Of a stretch of 31,677 nt of DNA, positions 26,496 through 31,677 are shown one piece after another. Location: assembly GCA_044349915.1 (NCBI GenBank), contig JBILIO010000001.1, forward strand, positions 1-31,677, read 5' to 3'. Position numbers and translations under genes: made by a program. Below the pieces are notes generated by a model. That model was not told the DNA's origin. It did not search any database and saw only the letters and a program-made list of their open reading frames with translations. The number at the start of each line of letters is the position of its first letter. The stretch's first letter is position 1. The stretch is from Sphingobacteriales bacterium. GTDB taxonomy: Bacteria; Bacteroidota; Bacteroidia; Sphingobacteriales; Sphingobacteriaceae.

Positions 26496-26565
26496 AAAAA
26501 TCTTGTTTAAAACAGGGAATGTTTAAAAACTGAAAATCTGCTCCAATTTTAATAAATTCGCCCTA

Positions 26566-26573
26566 TATATTTG
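26566..26573 (+). promoter_or_regulatory. -7 promoter box for leuS (TATATTTG)
   Basis: Exact TAnnTTTG followed by CAAT and the ATG. Confidence 0.65.
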
Positions 26574-26577
26574 CAAT

Positions 26578-29343
26578 ATGGATTATAAGTTTAGCGAAAT
26601 TGAAGGGAAATGGCAGCAGTTTTGGGCTCAAAATGGCACTTTTAAGGCCGAAAACAGCTCCAATAAGCCCAAATATTATGTTTTGGATATGTTTCCCTAT
26701 CCTTCAGGTGCCGGCTTACATGTGGGGCATCCGCTAGGTTATATTGCTTCAGATATTTTTGCGAGATATAAAAGATTAACAGGATTTAATGTTTTGCATC
26801 CTATGGGATACGACTCATTTGGTTTGCCAGCAGAACAATATGCCATTCAAACGGGTCAACACCCAGCCATTACTACCACCAATAATATTAATCGTTACAG
26901 AGAACAATTAGACAGAATTGGATTTTCTTTTGATTGGTCGCGCGAAATCAAAACCAGCGATCCAAGTTATTACCGTTGGACACAATGGATTTTTCAGCAA
27001 TTATTTAATTCTTGGTATAATACGGCCAATCAAAAGGCAGAGCCCATAGAAAATTTAATTGCCCTATTTTCTCAACATGGAAATGCAAGTGTAAAAGCGG
27101 CATGCGCTGAAACATCTGAATTTACTGCTTTACAATGGAACGAATTACCAACTAAAGAACAACAAAAAATATTATTAAATTATAGAATAGCTTATTTAGC
27201 CGACAGCTGGGTGAACTGGTGCCCGGCATTAGGAACTGTACTAGCCAATGATGAAGTCAAAGATGGTTATTCGGAAAGAGGCGGTCATCCGGTAGAGCAA
27301 AAGCTTATGAAGCAATGGTCGCTAAGGATTGCGGCCTATGCAGATCGTTTGTTAACTAGTTTAAACGACTTAGATTGGACCGATCCAATTAAAGAAATGC
27401 AAAGAAATTGGATTGGGAAAAGCGAAGGTGCTGCCATTTCATTTAGTTTAATTGGCCATCCCGAAAAAATTGAAGTTTTTAGTACGCGTCCCGATACAAT
27501 TTTTGGTGCTACATTTTTAGTCTTAGCGCCAGAACACGAATTGGTCAATCAAATTACCAAGGCAGATTATAAAGAAGCAGTTGCGGCTTATCAAAAATCG
27601 TCAGCAATTAAATCCGAACGCGACCGAATGAGCGATGTGAAAACCATTACTGGTCAGTTTACAGGAGCCTATGTGCAACATCCATTTTTGGATGTACAAA
27701 TTCCAGTTTGGATTGGAGATTATGTTTTAGCAAGTTATGGTACGGGCGCTGTAATGGCTGTTCCTGCTCATGATGCAAGAGATTATGCTTTTGCGAAACA
27801 TTTCGACTTAGCGATTATTGAAGTAGTAGCAGGTGGTGATATTAGTATCGCCTCTTACGATGCAAAAGAAGGGCTCTTGTTAAATTCTGATTTTTTAAAT
27901 GGCTTAACTGTAAAAGAAGCAGTCAAAAAAGCAATAGCAGCAATTGAAGCCGCAGGCATTGGAAAAGGAAAAATAAATTTCCGTTTAAGAGATGCTATTT
28001 TTGGCCGTCAGCGTTATTGGGGCGAACCTATTCCAGTATATTATCAAGAGGATATTCCTTATTTAGTTGAACAAAATGATTTGCCTTTAACACTTCCATC
28101 GGTTGATAAATTTATTCCAACCGAAGATGGCGAACCACCGCTAGCAAGAGCGCAAGATTGGAAATATAAAAATGAGTTTGCCTACGAAACAACTACGATG
28201 CCTGGTTGGGCAGGTTCTTCATGGTATTACTTGCGTTATATGGATTCGCAAAACGAACAAGTTTTTGCCGATCCTGCAGCTTTAAAATATTGGAATCAAG
28301 TGGATTTATATATTGGTGGTTCGGAACATGCAACTGGCCATTTACTCTATGCGCGTTTTTTCTGTAAGTTTTTATTCGACTTAGGTTATTTGACATTTGA
28401 AGAGCCATTTAAAAAGCTCATCAATCAAGGCATGATACAAGGGCGCTCTAATTTTGTTTACCGAATTAATGGCAGCAATCAATATGTATCTTACGATTTA
28501 AAAGAACAATACCAAACTACTGCATTGCATGCAGATGTGAATTGTGTAGAAAATGACATACTAAATATTCCAAAATTTAAAGCATCTTTTCCAGAGTTTG
28601 CCAATGCCGAATTTATTTTAAGTGCTGGTAAATACCATTGTGGTTTTGAAGTTGAAAAAATGTCGAAATCGAAATACAATGTGGTGAACCCAGACGATAT
28701 TATTCAACGATATGGCGCAGATACACTCCGAATGTATGAAATGTTTTTGGGCCCATTGGAACAAAGTAAGCCTTGGAACACTAATGGAATTGAAGGCGTA
28801 CACAAATTCTTAAGAAAATTCTGGAAGTTATTTCATAACGAACAATTTGAATTTCAAGTATCAAGTACTGCCGCAACAAAAGCAGAAAATAAAGCCTTAC
28901 ATAAATTAATTAAAAAAGTACAAGAAGATATTGAAAGATTTTCTTTCAATACTTCGGTGAGTAGTTTTATGATTTGTGTAAATGAATTACAAGATTTAAA
29001 ATGCAATAGCAAGAGTGTTTTGCAAGATTTAGTAATATTGCTTTCGCCTTATGCGCCCCATATTTCGGAAGAATTATGGACTTTGTTAGGCAATACTGCT
29101 GGTAGTTTATCAACCACAACATTCCCTGTATATAATCCCGAGTTTTTAGTAGAAGATGAATTTAGTTATCCTATTTCTATTAATGGAAAAACAAAAATCA
29201 ACTTGGCTATTTCTTTGCAATTAGATCAGCAATCGGTCACAGATTTAGTGTTGTCCAATGCAGATGTGCAAAAATATTTAGAAGGCAAAACACCTAAAAA
29301 AGTAATTTTTGTAAAAGGAAAAATCATCAATTTAGTAGTGTAA
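26578..29343 (+). CDS. leuS: Leucine--tRNA ligase
   Basis: LDMFPYPSGAGLHVGH (HIGH), TRPDTIFGATF editing domain, FGRQRYWGEPIP and KMSKS. Confidence 0.98.
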   Translation: MDYKFSEIEGKWQQFWAQNGTFKAENSSNKPKYYVLDMFPYPSGAGLHVGHPLGYIASDIFARYKRLTGFNVLHPMGYDSFGLPAEQYAIQTGQHPAITTTNNINRYREQLDRIGFSFDWSREIKTSDPSYYRWTQWIFQQLFNSWYNTANQKAEPIENLIALFSQHGNASVKAACAETSEFTALQWNELPTKEQQKILLNYRIAYLADSWVNWCPALGTVLANDEVKDGYSERGGHPVEQKLMKQWSLRIAAYADRLLTSLNDLDWTDPIKEMQRNWIGKSEGAAISFSLIGHPEKIEVFSTRPDTIFGATFLVLAPEHELVNQITKADYKEAVAAYQKSSAIKSERDRMSDVKTITGQFTGAYVQHPFLDVQIPVWIGDYVLASYGTGAVMAVPAHDARDYAFAKHFDLAIIEVVAGGDISIASYDAKEGLLLNSDFLNGLTVKEAVKKAIAAIEAAGIGKGKINFRLRDAIFGRQRYWGEPIPVYYQEDIPYLVEQNDLPLTLPSVDKFIPTEDGEPPLARAQDWKYKNEFAYETTTMPGWAGSSWYYLRYMDSQNEQVFADPAALKYWNQVDLYIGGSEHATGHLLYARFFCKFLFDLGYLTFEEPFKKLINQGMIQGRSNFVYRINGSNQYVSYDLKEQYQTTALHADVNCVENDILNIPKFKASFPEFANAEFILSAGKYHCGFEVEKMSKSKYNVVNPDDIIQRYGADTLRMYEMFLGPLEQSKPWNTNGIEGVHKFLRKFWKLFHNEQFEFQVSSTAATKAENKALHKLIKKVQEDIERFSFNTSVSSFMICVNELQDLKCNSKSVLQDLVILLSPYAPHISEELWTLLGNTAGSLSTTTFPVYNPEFLVEDEFSYPISINGKTKINLAISLQLDQQSVTDLVLSNADVQKYLEGKTPKKVIFVKGKIINLVV

Positions 29344-30609
29344 TTACTTAACGATATTTTGACGGTTCGCGTCGAGTTTAATTAAGATAAACAATAGAAT
29401 GGTAAAGCTCCATAACGAAGAGCCACCATAGCTTATAAAGGGTAGGGGTATGCCAATTACGGGTACCAATCCTATCGTCATGCCGATGTTGACAAAGACA
29501 TGCAAAAATAAAATGCTAGCAACTCCGTAGCCATATATTCTGCTCAGCGAAGAGCGTTGCCTTTCGGCTATAAAAACAATTCGAAGCAGTAAGGCTAAAA
29601 ACAATCCAATTAAAATAACACTGCCCACAAATCCATATTCTTCGCCTATAGTACAAAAAATAAAGTCGGTACTTTGTTCGGGTACAAAATCGTATTTTGT
29701 TTGGGTGCCATTTAAAAATCCTTTACCAATTAATCTGCCAGAACCAATGGCTATCTTACTTTGATTAACATTATATCCTGCACCTTTAATGTCAATTTCT
29801 TTCCCAACTAAGTTATTGATTCGGTCTCTGTGGTGTTGTTTCATTACATTGTTAAACACATAATTAAAACCAACAACCATGGTAGCAACCAATGCAGCAC
29901 CCGCTATTATTACCGGAAAAATTTTCTTTTTTCTTCTAAGAATATACAATAAAATTGCAGTTACCACAGCAATAGCAATTAGAATGGCCGCTTTTGCAAA
30001 CAATAAACTCAACACAAATGCAATACCAATTAACAAACCAATAACTAGCACTATTCCAGAAAGTCCTTCTCTGTAGAGCACCAAAATAAAGGCAACATAA
30101 GTTAAGGCAGAACCCACATCTCCTTGTAATAAGATCAAACCCATGGGCAAGCCAATCAAGCCGAGTACACTGAACTTGGTGCTGAATCTTTCCATTTTAA
30201 CACCCGAGCTTAAGTACTTGGCGACGACCAATGCGGTAGCAAATTTTGCAAATTCTGCAGGTTGTAAACGAAAGCTGCCTATTTCAAACCAAGACCTCGA
30301 TCCATTTACATATTTTCCGAAAAATAATACGGAAATCAACATGATTAAAGTGATGCCGTAAATGCCAAAAGAAAAAACAGAAAAGAATTTACTATCAATT
30401 AGTAAAACCATTAGTCCAATAAACAAAGCGGTAGCAATCCATAATAATTGTTTACCGTAATTTTTTTCTAAATCAAAAATACTGGCATGAGATTCGTCGA
30501 AAACTGCAGCATAAATATTGAGCCAACCGATTAATACCAAAGCGATATAAAGCAAAATGATTGGCAGGTCTATGCTTTTCCAAAATTTATTTTGTCCTAA
30601 ATTACTCAT
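29344..30609 (-). CDS. rodA: Rod shape-determining SEDS protein RodA
   Basis: SRSWF, LQPAEFAK, LQGDVGSA, GYNVNQSKIAIGSG, PEQSTDFIF and GIPLPFISYGGSS. Confidence 0.95.
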   Translation of the reverse strand: MSNLGQNKFWKSIDLPIILLYIALVLIGWLNIYAAVFDESHASIFDLEKNYGKQLLWIATALFIGLMVLLIDSKFFSVFSFGIYGITLIMLISVLFFGKYVNGSRSWFEIGSFRLQPAEFAKFATALVVAKYLSSGVKMERFSTKFSVLGLIGLPMGLILLQGDVGSALTYVAFILVLYREGLSGIVLVIGLLIGIAFVLSLLFAKAAILIAIAVVTAILLYILRRKKKIFPVIIAGAALVATMVVGFNYVFNNVMKQHHRDRINNLVGKEIDIKGAGYNVNQSKIAIGSGRLIGKGFLNGTQTKYDFVPEQSTDFIFCTIGEEYGFVGSVILIGLFLALLLRIVFIAERQRSSLSRIYGYGVASILFLHVFVNIGMTIGLVPVIGIPLPFISYGGSSLWSFTILLFILIKLDANRQNIVK

Positions 30610-30610
30610 G

Positions 30611-31677
30611 TTAATGGCTTTCTTTAGTTTCGGTAAACGTTGGATGAATTAAATCTGCATTCAATAATCGATCAATATAATAAGCAGGTCTAGAGATGCT
30701 ATCTTTTATATATTTTTCAACTAATAAACTGGCAATAGGAGCCGCCCAAGTGGAACCATATCCCGAATTTTCGACAATAACAGCAATGGCTATTTTAGGA
30801 TTGTTTCGAGGCGCAAATGCCACAAAAACAGAATGTGATTTGCCATGCGAATTTTGGGCTGTTCCAGTTTTTCCACACATAGCTATGTCCGCAATTTTTG
30901 CATAAGTAGCCGTTCCGTGGTCTACCACTTGTTGCATACCATCTATTACCACATTAAAATAAGAGCTATCAATTTTAACTAAATGTTTGGTGGTATAAGT
31001 TTCTTTTTTCACTTGATTCTTTCCAATGGCTTTGATCAAATGTGGACTATAATAAAATCCACGATTGGCAATAATGGCCATGGTGTTTGCCATTTGTAAA
31101 GGGGTTACACCAAGTTCTCCTTGACCAATCGCTAAAGAAATAATGGTCGATGATTTCCAATGGCCAGAGCCATAATATTTATCATATAAGGCAACGGCAG
31201 GAAGCAATCCGCCCAATTCATTTGGCAAATCTATGTCTAGTTTTTTTCCAATGCCAAATTGTAAAATATAATCACGCCAAACCAAATAATTTTTTTCTAC
31301 TGAGCCATAATTACCTTGGTCTATTAGTTTTTTAAATAACCAGCAATAGTAAGAATTACATGATTGCGCAATTGATTCGTTTAAGTTTAGCGGAGAATGG
31401 TTGTGCTCGCATTTGACTATTCTGTTTCCAATTGAATAACCTCCATTACAAGGGAATCTGCTTTCGGGCGTAATAACTTTCTCTTGTTGTCCGATAAGGG
31501 CTTGTACCGCTTTAAAAATAGAACCTGGCGGATACTGTGCCATAATTGGTCTAATAAATAATGGTTTTTCTGGTGCCTTTAAAAGTTTGATATAATTATT
31601 ACCTCTTTCGGGCCCAACTAATAAATTCGGATCATAAGTTGGGCTACTCACAAAACAAAGTATTTCGCCGGTGCTAG
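30611..31677 (-). CDS. mrdA: Penicillin-binding protein 2 (3' part; 5' end beyond window)
   Basis: Frame is open to the window end (STGEILCFVSSPTYDPN); SxxK in YPPGSIFK, SxN in SCN, and KTG in CGKTGTAQ. Confidence 0.93.
   Translation of the reverse strand, partial: STGEILCFVSSPTYDPNLLVGPERGNNYIKLLKAPEKPLFIRPIMAQYPPGSIFKAVQALIGQQEKVITPESRFPCNGGYSIGNRIVKCEHNHSPLNLNESIAQSCNSYYCWLFKKLIDQGNYGSVEKNYLVWRDYILQFGIGKKLDIDLPNELGGLLPAVALYDKYYGSGHWKSSTIISLAIGQGELGVTPLQMANTMAIIANRGFYYSPHLIKAIGKNQVKKETYTTKHLVKIDSSYFNVVIDGMQQVVDHGTATYAKIADIAMCGKTGTAQNSHGKSHSVFVAFAPRNNPKIAIAVIVENSGYGSTWAAPIASLLVEKYIKDSISRPAYYIDRLLNADLIHPTFTETKESH

Noticed and set aside
26471-26577. T-box or attenuator before leuS
   Set aside because: The 107-bp region holds divergent promoter boxes, and the leuS box sits 4 nt from the ATG, leaving no room.
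3497-31335. Remaining short ORFs in the track that lie inside the annotated genes (antisense or alternate frame)
   Set aside because: All are fully nested in strongly supported CDSs and lack motifs or independent expression signals; treated as shadow ORFs.

Overview
Compact, AT-rich chromosomal segment from a Bacteroidota bacterium. The assignment rests on a T9SS C-terminal sorting domain, TAnnTTTG -7 promoter boxes, mostly SD-less start sites and Bacteroidota-type gene orders. It is mostly core genome: the 5' end of a carotenoid desaturase (crtD-like), a DCC1-like oxidoreductase, a GNAT-like orphan, tRNA-Met(CAT), a START-like/LptF/GT9-GT4-GT2/ribBA run, tamB head-to-head with tsaD, a 999-aa T9SS-secreted endonuclease I, recA, nth, a small protein plus ECF sigma factor divergent from uvrA, ftsX-DUF3098-uppP-truB-ribF, leuS and mrdA(partial)-rodA. 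No mobile element, CRISPR array or rRNA was seen. The best candidate for an undescribed system is the ECF sigma / soluble anti-sigma-like pair embedded among uvrA, nth and recA. Its sigma gene carries the only GGAGG Shine-Dalgarno start I saw in the window, plus an upstream second SD followed by an AUA-GAU-UAA mini-ORF, and the small gene has its own ECF-like promoter behind a terminator. Other leads are a probable ATT start for tamB, a Cys-capped GT9, probable leaderless mRNAs and an 8-codon leader or frameshift before the GNAT-like gene. All family calls are by eye from motifs; no database search was run.
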